Shown in pieces: positions 20,519 to 31,590 of a stretch of DNA of 64,000 nt; position 1 is the first letter of the stretch; each line of letters starts with the position of its first letter. The stretch spans positions 23,378 through 87,377 of the forward strand of contig CAWEZP010000003.1 of the NCBI GenBank assembly GCA_963813675.1, given 5' to 3'. Position numbers and translations under genes: made by a program. The notes below the pieces were generated by a model, which saw only the letters and a program-made list of their open reading frames with translations, was not told the origin of the DNA and did no database searches. The stretch comes from Candidatus Bathyarchaeota archaeon (GTDB lineage Archaea; Thermoproteota; Bathyarchaeia; Bathyarchaeales; Bathycorpusculaceae).

Positions 20519-20929
20519 ATGACTTTCAACTATGATGATCTGCTTAAACGAGCCTTCGCTCAAATACCTCAAGTCTCCGAAAAACGCGAACGCCTAGAAC
20601 TACCCCGTTTTTACATGAACACAGTTGGTATGCGGACAATAATTTCTAACTTCAAAGAAATATCCGATGCTTTAGACCGCGACCCGCAACACGTCATAAA
20701 GTTCTTAACCAGAGAAATGGCTACAGCCGCCACATTCAATGATTCACGCGCTATTTTTCAAGGCAAATTCCAGCGAGACAGCTTCGAACGTTTACTGCAG
20801 AGATATTTAGAAGGTTATGTTATATGTCCAGTTTGCAAACGTCCAGATACCAAAATAGTCAAGGAAAAACGCTTATCTTTCCTTGTATGCAATGCATGCG
20901 GTGCAAAATCAAGTATTAAGCAATTATGA
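20519..20929 (+). CDS. eif2b: Translation initiation factor aIF-2 beta subunit
   Basis: TIISNFKEI, LDRDPQH, Zn ribbon CPVCKRPDT..CNACGA. Confidence 0.95.
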   Translation: MTFNYDDLLKRAFAQIPQVSEKRERLELPRFYMNTVGMRTIISNFKEISDALDRDPQHVIKFLTREMATAATFNDSRAIFQGKFQRDSFERLLQRYLEGYVICPVCKRPDTKIVKEKRLSFLVCNACGAKSSIKQL

Positions 20930-21237
20930 GCGAATTAACATTGGACGTCTACCTTAACATCAAAAAGGCGGGTCAAAACGTTCTCTTAGCAGTTTGCGAC
21001 TGCGATTTGCTTGGGCGAACGCTTCGTGAAGGGAAAATTGTATTTAAAATAAAAGAAGAGTTCTATAATGGACGAAAAGCAACAGTTGATGAAGCTGTTG
21101 GTTTGATTAACAATTCAACGATTGTAAACCTTGTCGGCAAAAACTGCGTTGAAACCGCCATCGCCCAAGGATACATTCATCCTGATGCGGTGATAAAGAT
21201 TGAAGGCGTGCCCCATGCTCAAATCATGAAATTTTGA
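20926..21237 (+). CDS. DUF424 family protein
   Basis: LLAVCDCDLLG, EEFYNG, VNLVGKNCV, GYIHPDAV..IEGVPHAQ. Confidence 0.9.
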   Translation: MSELTLDVYLNIKKAGQNVLLAVCDCDLLGRTLREGKIVFKIKEEFYNGRKATVDEAVGLINNSTIVNLVGKNCVETAIAQGYIHPDAVIKIEGVPHAQIMKF

Positions 21238-21678
21238 AAATGATTAAACACATATTTTTTTAGTTTTATTTCATAAATTGTCTCGCTCTTTCGAATATAC
21301 TTAAAAGATTTGATTTAACCTAAAACGGTATTTAAAATGTCGACGATATCTTCTTTCAAGAACGAGGATTTTTCATCATTAATTAGTAAATCGAATTACA
21401 AGAACTATTACTCCGAATCAAGCCTCCAAAGATTTTAAGCAAGATAGGTTAATCTGTAGAAAATGCTTGCAAACTTGGAATCATCATGAAATAATACGTT
21501 TTAGGACTTGATGGTATCTGATATCAATGGATTCTTTGTTTAATTTCCAAAAATTATTCAATTCCACGAAGGAAAAGCTCCTATATATCTTTTGATATGG
21601 ACATGAAGTGCATTATCAATAAAATTAAATAAATAACAATGCATCTTACAGGGTAATTCAACCTGTTGAGAATTCAAA

Positions 21679-23040
21679 ATGAAAAATTCCCTGAAAAAAT
21701 TTGTCTCTATGCGTGTTATAGTCGTTATTCTTGTAGTTTTGATAGTGTTGTCAGCATTTAACACGTATTTGATTTTTGAAGGCACCCGTTCTTCTATGAC
21801 TTCCAATGCCGTAAACTACGATTATGTTTTATCTCAAGAAGGCGGAAATTATAAGTTGAAAAATATGTTAACTGGCTACGTTGCAGCACAACTAGCCAGT
21901 GCTTCTTCTGCAATTAATTCCGCGTTAACAGATGGCAAATCAGTTTATCTTAATGCTGGAACCTACGTTTTATCCGATGACATAGTAATTTCAAACAAGG
22001 TTAACGCCAAAATCGTTAGTGACGGCGCTATAATTTTAGGCAATGGCCACAAAATAATCGTCTACGGCGACGACTACACAACTTCAAAAAATACGCTAAT
22101 CTCAGGCTTAACTTTATTGAACTCAACCATTCGAGTTGAGAACTCGTTTGGAACAACTATCCAAAATACAGTATTTGAAAACACATCCACAGGCATCGAG
22201 TTTGCAAATACTAAAACTTGGAGTGAATACAATAAAATCGAAAACTGCCAATTTAACAACGCCACTGAAGGAATAGCTTTCCGGACCCCAGTTGGCAATG
22301 CTACAGGCTCCTATGGCAGCTCACAAATCGACCGTTGCTCTTTCAACCTTAGGGATTTCTCAGTAGGAATAAACGTTGAGACATTTAGCTGAGTTTTCAG
22401 ACAGTCAAATACAGAATGTAAGGTTCTGGCTTGGCAAAAATGATTACAGCCGAGCAAACCAAACTGCAATTTTACTCAACGGTTCAATGGACCAGACCCT
22501 TCTGTTTGGGAGTTGTCTTCGAATCTTTCACTCCTAACCCAGTGTACCTGTTCGGTATTGATCTTGGAGAAACCTGCACCGCAGCGCCAATTCTTGATAG
22601 CGGCGTGAGTTTTTTGGGTAATTGGACAGCGCGAGTTCATAATCCGTTTGCTGAGTGGATTGTTGGAGTTGGCGGCGTTTTCCAGAGGCAAAACGTCAAT
22701 GTTCCTGTGGGATTAAACAATCAGTATGGAGAAAATACGAGTATCCAATTGAGTCCACTTAAAATTTTTTCTTTTAAGCCCCAGATTGTCGTGGACGGCA
22801 GCTTTAGCAACAGTGAGACGATTACCGTTAGAATCCGAGTAGAATACATCGACAACGCAATCTCAACTCCAGTTGTTCGAACCTTCACCAGCAGTGGCTC
22901 GATCTGGCTTTCGGACGACGAAATGATGCGGCTTTATCCTTCGCAGGGCATAATTTGGGCTGTTTTGGTTGATGCTAAATCAAGTTCAAGCTCAACAGAT
23001 GCAATGGTAAGCGTTAGCTGGTTATGGAACAGCAGGATAA
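21679..23040 (+). CDS. Membrane-anchored right-handed beta-helix (pectin-lyase-like) protein, split by apparent indels
   Basis: N-term TM; AINSALTDGKSVYLNAGTY; repeated IENC/IQN-type strands; ORFs 21679..22392 and 22431..23081 join by frameshift; natural end VSGYGTAG* at 23040. Confidence 0.65.
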
Positions 23041-23049
23041 AATTCGATT

Positions 23050-24438
23050 TTAATGTTCGTTTAGCAGGTTTTTTCGGCTAAAAATCTTTTCGAATTCCTC
23101 AGGTTTTAGCAAGCCTTTTTCAAGTACGATTTCTTTTACCGAACGATTTTCTGCCTGCGCTTGTTTTGCGATTTTTGCAGCTTCAAGATATCCGATTTTT
23201 GGGGCTAACAGAGTGGCTAAGGAGGGATTTTTTTCAAGGTATTGTTCGCATTGTTTCTCGTTGACGGTTATGCCTTGGACGCATTTTTTGGTGAAAGACT
23301 GGGATGTAGTTCGCGAGGATTTGAATTGAGAAGAGCATGTTGTACATTATTGTGGGTGTCATGACGTTAAGTTCCAATTGTCCTGCCTGCACTGCCATAG
23401 AGGTTGCTAAATCGTTTCCGATAACTTGGTAAGCTACCATGTCAAGGCATTCAGCCATGACGGGGTTCACTTTTCCTGGCATAATTGATGAGCCAGGTTG
23501 AACTGGTGGAAGAGTAATCTCGTTGAGGCCAGTTGTTGGACCTGAAGCGAGTAACCGTAAGTCATTGGCTATGCGGATAAGTTCCAAGCGCCAATTCTTT
23601 AAGACCGCTTGAAACAGATTGTGCTGCTCGTTGGCTTTGAAGTGCTTCAAAATTGTTTTTTGCTGGCTTAAGCGGGAAACCTGTCAGTTTCGCCAACTCA
23701 GCGATAGCAATTCGTTTGTAATCTGGGTGAGTGTTGGCGCCTGTACCTGTTGCTGTGCCGCCTAAAGCAACTGAGTAGAGGTTCTCCTGTCTTCTGCGCA
23801 ATTCAGCACTCGCATTAGCGACAGCTGACCCATATGCGCTAAACTCTTGCCCAACTGTAACTGGCACTGCATCCTGCAAATGAGTTCGACCGGACTTCAA
23901 AACATGAGCGTTTTTCTTGCCCAACTCCTCAAAAGCTTTTGCAAGGTCATCAAGACCTAAAAGCAAAGGTTGCAATGCCATAAGAACCGAAACATGGAGC
24001 GCCGTTGGGAAAGTATCGTTGGTGGATTGACCCATGTTCACATGGTCATTTGGACTAACGGTCTTGTAGTCGCCTTTTTGTTTGCCAAGGATTTCAAGTG
24101 CCCTGATTCGCTAATACCTCGTTAACATTCATGTTAAATGATGTGCCTGCGCCTGCTTGGAAAACGTCAACGACGAATTGGTCAAGGAGTTTGTCTGAGA
24201 GGATTTCGTCGCATGCCTCGATGATTGCTTTTGCAAGTTTTGCGTCTAGCCAGCCTACCTGAACATTAGCTGAAGCAGCAGCTTTCTTTACCAGAACATA
24301 AGCTTTGATAAATTGGACTGGTGCTTTAATTCCGCTAACTGGAAAATTCTCTATCGCCCTCAACGTTTGAATGCCAAAGTATGCGTTTTTTGGGATTGCC
24401 CGTTCGCCTAATGGATCAATTTCTTTTCTAGTTTCCAC
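23050..24438 (-). CDS. aspA: Aspartate ammonia-lyase / class II fumarase family, split by several frameshifts
   Basis: [58 protein letters not shown] spread over three ORFs; C-term [12 protein letters not shown] in a further frame ending at 23050. Confidence 0.85.
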
Positions 24439-24452
24439 CTGTCTCTCTCCTG

Positions 24453-25175
24453 TTACTCCACTTTTGATTGTTCTTGGATTATTTTCTTTTTGGTCCTAAG
24501 TATTGCTTCAGTGACTTTAATGTTCTTTGGACAAACAACCGTGCACATGTAATAGCTTTTGCATCCCCAAACTCCATGAGGCTTCTTTAAGATTTGCAAA
24601 CGTTCGTTGACATCTGTTGTTCTTGAATCAAAAATGTATCGTTGCTCTCTTAGAATTGCAGCTGGTCCAATGAATTCTTGGTCTTGCTCGGTCATGACTG
24701 GACAGGCTCCGTAACAGCAACCGCACAAAATACATTTTAAGGCGTCGTCGAATCGGTTGCGTTCTTCGATGGTTTGGATTCTTTCTTTCTCTAACTCAAC
24801 GATTGTTGGATTTGAAGCTTCTATGGGATTTATCGATTTGATTCTTTCAAAAAATGGGTTCAAGTCAACAATCAAATCCTTGACAACTTCAAAATACTTG
24901 AGAGGTTCAATCACTATCTCTTTGGTATAGTCGTAGTCTTTGACAAGTTTTTGGCATGCTAAGGCGGATTGGTTGTTGATTGTTAAACCGTCGGAACCGC
25001 AGATTCCATGGGCACATGACATGCGAAACGCGAGAGTGCTGTCTTGGGTCCATCTTATTTTGTTTAAGCAGTCGAGTATTCGCTCGTTGGGTTCGGCTTC
25101 AATGGTGAAGGAGTCGTAGTGCGGTTCCATGTCGATTTCGGGGTTGAAGCGGTAAACTTTCAAAGTTACCTTCAT
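24453..25175 (-). CDS. sdhB: Succinate dehydrogenase/fumarate reductase Fe-S subunit
   Basis: SCAHGICGSD, CILCGCCYGACP, CKSYYMCTVVCP; start MKVTLK at 25175. Confidence 0.93.
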   Translation of the reverse strand: MKVTLKVYRFNPEIDMEPHYDSFTIEAEPNERILDCLNKIRWTQDSTLAFRMSCAHGICGSDGLTINNQSALACQKLVKDYDYTKEIVIEPLKYFEVVKDLIVDLNPFFERIKSINPIEASNPTIVELEKERIQTIEERNRFDDALKCILCGCCYGACPVMTEQDQEFIGPAAILREQRYIFDSRTTDVNERLQILKKPHGVWGCKSYYMCTVVCPKNIKVTEAILRTKKKIIQEQSKVE

Positions 25176-25176
25176 T

Positions 25177-26901
25177 TTAGTACCTCCGTTTTTCTGGCGT
25201 AAACCTACCTGTAGCAATTGGCTTATAACTTTCCTTTAAACCGGTTGAAGTCTCGTTAACGAAGGTGTGCTTGAGCCATTCTTCATCGTTTCGCTCTGGG
25301 TAGTCACTACGGAAGTGAGCTCCACGACTCTCCTTGCGTTGAAGTGCTGAGTAAACAATAACTTCTGCAATGCGCAACATATTATTTAGTTCCAAAGCTT
25401 CCTGCAACTCGTAATTAAAAACTTTGGACTTGTTAGTTAAGCCTACATTTAAAGCGCGTTTCTTTAACTGTCGAATCACCAATAGGGTTTGTTCGAGGGC
25501 TTGGCCGTTTCTAAAAACGCTGCATTGTTCGGTCATCAACCGTTGCATGTTTTCCCTCAAAACAGCGATGCATTCACTACCTTTAGATTCGATTAAACTA
25601 CTGATTTTATCCGTAACAATGCTTTCGGCTTGCACTGGAATTGGCTGAACAATTCTTGCTTTAATCTCTTTTAGAATGCTCAAGCCAGTTCTGCCTCCGA
25701 ACACAACGAGGTCAATTAGGGAGTTGCAGCCGAGTCGGTTTGCTCCGTGAACGCTTACGCATGCGCATTCTCCAGCAGCGTACAATCCGGGCAAAATGGT
25801 GCCTTCCTTATCGGCTAAGACGTGACCTTCAATGTCTGTTGGTATGCCACCCATCATGTAATGGCATGTTGGAGCGACTGGAATCTGCTTTTCGCTCGGA
25901 TCAATTCCCAAGTAAGTTTGGATAAATGAAGTAATTTCAGGAAGTTTTTGATTCAATCGTTCCTTTCCAATCTCGCGCAAATCTAAGTAAACGTACTCTT
26001 TGCCGTCAACGCCCTTTCCCTCGCTTATTTCTTTAAGGATTGCCCGGGAAACAATGTCTCTTGGCGCCAAATCTTTCAATGTCGGTGCATAACGTTCCAT
26101 GAAACGTTCACCTAAACCGTTTCGCAAAACGCCGCCTTCTGATCTTGCAGCTTCGCTTATTAGGATTCCAAGACCGTAGATGCCTGTGGGGTGAAACTGG
26201 ACAAACTCCATGTCCTCCAAAGGCAAAAGCGCATCCAGTGCCAATGCGAACCCGTCGCCTGTTGATGCATAGCCGTTGCTGGTGGTTTTGTAGATTTTGC
26301 CGCTTCCGCCAGTTGCTAAAACTACGGCTTTTGCATGGAAAACTTGAGGTGTGCTCGTGGCTATGTCGTATCCTGTGGCTCCGCAGCAGTTGTTTAAATC
26401 GAAAAGTAAATGCTGAATGAATATTTCGTTGTGAAATTTAACGCCCTTTTGGAGGCAGCGGTCATAGAGTGTGTCCATGATTGCTCGTCCAGTGCGGTCT
26501 GAAGCGTAACAGGCGCGTTTGATAGGTGCTTCGCCGAAGTTTTTTGTGTGTCCTCCGAATCGTCGTTGCTCAATCTTGCCTTGTGCGTTTCTGCTAAATG
26601 GAACTCCCATGTGTTCGAGTTTGTAGATAGCGTTTGGGGCTTCTTTGGCTAAGACCTCCACAGCGTTCTGGTCGGCGAGATAGTCGCTGCCTTTCACAGT
26701 ATCGTACATATGCCATTCCCAATGGTCTTCTTCCTCGTTTCCAAGACATGCCGCGATGCCGCCTTGTGCAGCAACAGAATGCGAACGTGTCACGTGCACC
26801 TTGCTGATGACAGCTACTTTGACGTTTTCTGCGGCAGTCAATGCGGTGTATAACCCTGCGATTCCTCCTCCGATAACTACAACATCGTATTCATGAATCA
26901 T
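25177..26901 (-). CDS. sdhA: Succinate dehydrogenase/fumarate reductase flavoprotein
   Basis: GGGIAG, RSHSVAAQGG (FAD His), MEFVQFHPTG, HYMMGGI, SVHGANRLGCNSL, ESRGAHFR. Confidence 0.95.
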   Translation of the reverse strand: MIHEYDVVVIGGGIAGLYTALTAAENVKVAVISKVHVTRSHSVAAQGGIAACLGNEEEDHWEWHMYDTVKGSDYLADQNAVEVLAKEAPNAIYKLEHMGVPFSRNAQGKIEQRRFGGHTKNFGEAPIKRACYASDRTGRAIMDTLYDRCLQKGVKFHNEIFIQHLLFDLNNCCGATGYDIATSTPQVFHAKAVVLATGGSGKIYKTTSNGYASTGDGFALALDALLPLEDMEFVQFHPTGIYGLGILISEAARSEGGVLRNGLGERFMERYAPTLKDLAPRDIVSRAILKEISEGKGVDGKEYVYLDLREIGKERLNQKLPEITSFIQTYLGIDPSEKQIPVAPTCHYMMGGIPTDIEGHVLADKEGTILPGLYAAGECACVSVHGANRLGCNSLIDLVVFGGRTGLSILKEIKARIVQPIPVQAESIVTDKISSLIESKGSECIAVLRENMQRLMTEQCSVFRNGQALEQTLLVIRQLKKRALNVGLTNKSKVFNYELQEALELNNMLRIAEVIVYSALQRKESRGAHFRSDYPERNDEEWLKHTFVNETSTGLKESYKPIATGRFTPEKRRY

Positions 26902-26926
26902 AGTGTTGCCCTCAAAATGAAGTGAG

Positions 26927-27740
26927 TTATATTTCGAATTTTTCTATTATTTTATTTTCTTTTTCACCTGTAATTTCAGCTATAACATGGAAGAACTGTT
27001 CAAGTCCAGAGTTAACGATTCTCGGTTTTAGGAGCTCGTCGATTTGGAAGACGCCTGCTGAATTTGACATTTTAATTTTTATGTTGATGGGTTTAACGCC
27101 AACGCCGCCTTCTGTTAATTCTATGTCCACTTTTTCAATTGACAAAGCTGAAACCGCATGGATGTCTACTTTTCCTGATTGAAATGGAATTCGTGCTCTT
27201 CCTGCTTCCATGTCTAAGGCGTCAGCGATTCCTACGATACCTGCTTCTTTCGTTAGAATTTTGCTTGTTGGTTCATTGCTGGGTGGCTCTTCATGGGTAA
27301 CGATAGCGTGGAGGACTTCTGAGGTGATTATTGCTTTTTCTTCTTCACTGTAAGTTGGAGTTAAGAATTTCTCCAAGAATTCTAAGGCTAGAAATGCGCT
27401 GTATTTTTCATGGTTACTTCGTTGAACAATCATTCCTAAATCATGGAAAATTGAACCTAAAACCACAACGACTTCGGCGTCTTCATTTTTCATGTCGTAA
27501 TTTTCCACTATGCTTGGTACGATGAGTTTTTTTTCGACCAGAATTCGTAGCAAGTTTGAGTGAGAGGTTGGCTACGATTTTAACGTGGGTTGGTCCATGG
27601 TCAGTGTAGCCCATTCGTTCTATCGCCATGACGTTGGCGCATCTCCAGTAGGTTTTGAGTTTTTTGTCGTCTTTTACTTTTTCCATTACTGCCTTAAGTT
27701 TTGGATTGTTTCGGTAAGGTATGTTGAAGACGTAGGACAC
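26927..27740 (-). CDS. HD-domain phosphohydrolase (COG3294-like), one frameshift near 27550
   Basis: TDHGPTHVKIVAN in the upstream ORF; FHDLG, ADALDM, GRARIPF in the downstream ORF. Confidence 0.85.
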
Positions 27741-27914
27741 TTGGTGATGCTCCAGTATTGATTATTATTTAAGGTAGAGATTTAAACTTACATTACAGGA
27801 AATTTGTAGAGTTGAAACTTTTTTGTTTTTTATTGTTGAAGCTGCCTTGTTCGATGAACAGGCTTTTAAGCAACCTGTACATATTTTTTTCAAGTCGAAA
27901 ATGAGGTTTAGTGT

Positions 27915-28220
27915 TTGGGAAAGAAAAAAGTGTTAAGCGAAGGCGCAATCGGCGAATTAGTCTATCCTGGACAAGGCGAAGTTTTAGGCGTAGTAATTAA
28001 GCTGCTTGGTTTCGACCGCATAATGGTCAAGTGCCAGGATGGAGCGGAACGTTTATGTCGAATCCGTGGCAAAATGAAACGTCGCGTTTGGATACGTGAA
28101 GGCGACATAGTTATTGTTTCACCTTGGGATTTCCAAACTGCTGAACGCGGTGACGTTGTTTGGCGTTATACGCATTCACAGGCGGATACCCTTAGGCGAA
28201 AGGGCATTTTAACCCTGTAA
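27915..28220 (+). CDS. eif1a: Translation initiation factor aIF-1A
   Basis: RLCRIRGKMKRRVWIREGDIVIVSPWDFQ. Confidence 0.96.
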   Translation: MGKKKVLSEGAIGELVYPGQGEVLGVVIKLLGFDRIMVKCQDGAERLCRIRGKMKRRVWIREGDIVIVSPWDFQTAERGDVVWRYTHSQADTLRRKGILTL

Positions 28221-28288
28221 TTCTATTTTTAACATTTCTTCTTTTTGTAGTTGTTCGACTGGTTTTAATACCCTAAAGCCGTTATTAC

Positions 28289-29086
28289 ATGTTTGATATT
28301 ATGTCTGGAAAAGCTCAAGAGCGTATAGCCCACACCGAAAGAAGAATAGAACGTCGAGACAAAATGCTAAATCACGACAAATCCAAAGAACGTGCTACTG
28401 TGGAGGAGGTTTTTGACCAAACTACCCGGATGGTTGTTTTTGATTTAATGAACAGCGGTAAACTCTATGAGCTCAACGGCGTGGTGAGTTCAGGGAAGGA
28501 AGCGCGGGTTTACTGGGGCACAACCAAAGAAAGCGTTGATTTAGCAGTGAAAATTTACTTAACTTCTTCAGCTGAATTCAAACGGGGCATGCACAAATAC
28601 ATTGAAGGCGACCCCGATTCAAAGACGTTAAACATGATACACGCTCGTTGATTGCTGTTTGGGCTCAAAAAGAGTTTCGCAATTTAGGAGAAGCTGACGC
28701 AGGCAAAAGTGCGTGTTCCAAAACCCATCGCCGTTAAAAGTAACGTTGTAATTATGGAGTTCATTGGCAAAAAAGGTGTTAGCGCACCCTCACTTAAAGA
28801 GCAGGCGCCAGCTAACCCTGAAAAAGTCTACAAAATCATAGTTACTTACCTTAAACGCCTTTATCAAAAAGCCAAAATCGTCCACGGTGACTTAAGCGAA
28901 TACAACATTATGATGTGGAAGGGCAGACCTGTAGTTTTTGATGTGTCCCAATCCGTTTCAATTCAGCATCCGCTAGCGGATTTCATGGTAAAACGTGATA
29001 TTGCAAATGTAAATAGGTTCTTTAGTCGGATAGGCGTTGAAGTATTTTCAGACGAAGAATTGTATAAAATGGTTGTTGGTAAATAA
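28289..29086 (+). CDS. rio1: RIO1 serine kinase, split by frameshifts
   Basis: SSGKEARVY, AVKIY, VHGDLSEYNI; lies in the conserved aIF1A-RIO1-KH operon. Confidence 0.9.
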
Positions 29087-29664
29087 TGTCTGGTCAAGAG
29101 ACTTTTGTTAAAATTCCAAAAGAACGCGTAGGCATATTAATTGGCCCTGAAGGTAAAGTTAAACAAGAAATAGAAACAAAACTAAATGTAAAGCTAGATG
29201 TTGACAAAGAAGGTAGTGTCTGCATAAAGCTTCCAGAAAACATACCTGATCCCTCTGTATTTTTAAGAGCAAAAGATATAGTGACAGCAATCGGGAGGGG
29301 ATTCACTCCTGAAACTGCTTTTCGTCTCCTCCGTAACGAAGACGATATTTTTGACTTGATAGATTTACGCTTGATATTTGGGCGTTCTGAATCAGACATA
29401 ACGCGGGTGAAAGGTCGGATAATCGGAACAGAAGGCAAAACAAGAAAGTTGATTGAAGAGTTAACTGAAGCCGATGTAGTTGTTTACGGTCACACAGTGG
29501 GTATTATCGGCAGTTTTGAAGAAGTAGACGCCGCACGTAATGCTGTCCAAATGGTTATTCAAGGTTGCCAACACCATACAGTTTACAATTACCTGCAGAA
29601 GAAACGCACAGAACTAAAGAAGCAGAAACTAGAATTGTGGGAGAAGCGGCCAGAAGACAAATAA
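29086..29664 (+). CDS. KH-domain pre-rRNA processing protein (Dim2/Pno1)
   Basis: RVGILIGPEG, AIGRGF, RVKGRIIGTEGKTR. Confidence 0.93.
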   Translation: MSGQETFVKIPKERVGILIGPEGKVKQEIETKLNVKLDVDKEGSVCIKLPENIPDPSVFLRAKDIVTAIGRGFTPETAFRLLRNEDDIFDLIDLRLIFGRSESDITRVKGRIIGTEGKTRKLIEELTEADVVVYGHTVGIIGSFEEVDAARNAVQMVIQGCQHHTVYNYLQKKRTELKKQKLELWEKRPEDK

Positions 29665-29792
29665 TTTTCTTTTTTTCGTGCTTCTTTAAGGTCAAAAAAG
29701 CTCTATGCTAAATCAGTTTATTTTTTCAATTTGTGCAATGCATTAGCCATTTATACAAGCGTTCCTTCTTTTTTATCAAGGATTGTTTTTTT

Positions 29793-30290
29793 ATGGCAAA
29801 CCAAATAAAAGTTGGAGATCAAGCACCAGATTTTACTCTCCCAGATGAGGACATGAAACCACTAAGCCTGAAGGATTTTCTAGGTCAAAAAGTCATATTG
29901 GCTTTCTTTGTTGGAGCCTTCACTACGACATGCACTAAAGAGGTTTGTGAGTTTCGAGATTCGATGTCTCGCATGGTTGATTTAAAGGCTCAAGTTATTG
30001 GAATAGACTTGACTGCGCCCCTCTCAAGTAAACGTTTTTCGGAAAAAAACAGGTTGCCCTTCCCCATTCTAAGCGATAACAAGCATGAAGTGTTTGAAAA
30101 ATATGGACTGCAATTCTCACCTTGCAATAAGACTGAGTGTTGTTTTGGAAATGGGTGTTACCCGATTGTTAAACGTTCCATCTTTATTCTCGACGCAAAA
30201 GGTGTTGTGCGTTACAGGTGGGTTTCCGACAAATCAGCGATCGAACCAAGTTATGAAGAAATGCAAAAAGTCGTACAACAGATCACTTAG
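29793..30290 (+). CDS. Peroxiredoxin (BCP/PrxQ-like)
   Basis: [38 protein letters not shown]. Confidence 0.9.
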   Translation: MANQIKVGDQAPDFTLPDEDMKPLSLKDFLGQKVILAFFVGAFTTTCTKEVCEFRDSMSRMVDLKAQVIGIDLTAPLSSKRFSEKNRLPFPILSDNKHEVFEKYGLQFSPCNKTECCFGNGCYPIVKRSIFILDAKGVVRYRWVSDKSAIEPSYEEMQKVVQQIT

Positions 30291-30388
30291 AGAAAGTCTT
30301 TTTTATACTTCAAAAAACAAAGTAAATTAGCCCCTCTGATATATTGGAATGCATATCTTAAGGTGGGCTCATAGACAACTCTCTCTAC

Positions 30389-30562
30389 CTATTCTAGTTC
30401 TTCACTTGAAACAAGGATTACAGGGTACTCTTGTGAACCAGCCGCTTTGTTACCGGTGTTTTTGTGGCCTTCTCTACATCTCATTCCGTATCTTGTTTTA
30501 GTTTCATTTTCCCAAACCTTTTCTGTTGATCCACCACATATTGGGCACTTAAAATCTTTCAT
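30389..30562 (-). CDS. 57-aa Zn-finger microprotein (CPIC...CREGH)
   Basis: MKDFKCPICGGSTEKVWENETKTRYGMRCREGH...; AGGTGA SD upstream; below the ORF-track cutoff. Confidence 0.7.
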   Translation of the reverse strand: MKDFKCPICGGSTEKVWENETKTRYGMRCREGHKNTGNKAAGSQEYPVILVSSEELE

Positions 30563-30800
30563 ATATTTTCACCTAAACCGAAAAAGTCAAAAGTAAATAA
30601 GTATTCGCTTTGTTTTTCCAAGTTCTTCCGCTCTATATGCGTATTGTAAGCTTGTTTCTTTAAGCCTTCCTATCCATTTTCATTCTTATTTATGAGAAGA
30701 ACTCCTTTCTCCTCAAACAAAGAATTGTCTCTAACGCTTAAAAATTATATTTCAGATCTGGAAAAAATCAAAAACTATTTCCTTAAATTTTTGGCTTAAG

Positions 30801-30941
30801 CTATAGTTCTATATTGGGTTTTTGAATATGAAAATGTTTACTGCACCCACCACAAACATATGCCTCAAGAACAAAAAAATGATTATTTAATGACCTAACA
30901 GGTTTCTCTATTTCTCTACTACAATTAGGGCACTTAGCCAA
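30801..30941 (-). CDS. 46-aa Zn-ribbon microprotein (CPNC...CGGC)
   Basis: TTG start; MAKCPNCSREIEKPVRSLNNHFFVLEAYVCGGCSKHFHIQKPNIEL. Confidence 0.7.
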   Translation of the reverse strand: MAKCPNCSREIEKPVRSLNNHFFVLEAYVCGGCSKHFHIQKPNIEL

Positions 30942-31120
30942 ACTAATCACACGTCATCCATAACCCCATTTAATTTAAAGATAAAAACTCATGTGACTAC
31001 AAGAAGAAACAACAAGTTAATTATTTTATTTGCTATTTTAATTAGTTGTACTTAGAATTTTTTTAAGTGAAAAGCAAAGACAGAAATCCAACTTTGACTA
31101 TATTGCATATGGTAGTTTTT

Positions 31121-31237
31121 ATGAGTAAACGTAGATTTTTTGATTCTCCAAATTGTGGGGGCTGCATCTACAAGGGCGGCAGTTACTGTTGGGGACAATG
31201 TTCGCTTAACATCTGGAAAAGAGACAGAGATTACTAG
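31121..31237 (+). CDS. 38-aa Cys-rich microprotein
   Basis: MSKRRFFDSPNCGGCIYKGGSYCWGQCSLNIWKRDRDY; CxxC-x7-CxxxC. Confidence 0.55.
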   Translation: MSKRRFFDSPNCGGCIYKGGSYCWGQCSLNIWKRDRDY

Positions 31238-31590
31238 TGCTCTTTGGAGTGTCAGTTCTAGATTTATTCTCTTTTACACAACCTTTGACAAATATCTTTA
31301 GGATCTAATGGTTGACAAATACCATTAAGATTTATTATAAGTAGGTGGGCTCTTCAGGTTGGTTATCAAACTTCAAATTTCACACTTGAAAGTTATCATA
31401 AACCAAGCTTCACACTCAAGATCTTCATCATCCGCAATGTCTTCGGGGCCAGAGTCGTCATCGCCCACCCAGAACAAGACACATCCCATCAGTCATTAAA
31501 ACTTTGGGTTAAAGAATAAAAAGACTGCAAATTTGCTTATGTTCTCTTACACGCATATCTGATTTTACAAGCTTAAGACTTCTTAAGTTG

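Noticed and set aside
21679..29086. Frameshifts in the beta-helix gene, aspA, HD hydrolase and rio1 as programmed frameshifting or real pseudogenes
   Set aside because: They cluster regionally, hit conserved genes such as rio1, leave all motifs intact and lack a shared slippery site; uncorrected long-read indels are more parsimonious.
31373..31489. 38-aa acidic ORF MGCVLFWVGDDDSGPEDIADDEDLECEAW
   Set aside because: No clear SD or family motif; could be chance, so not listed as a feature.
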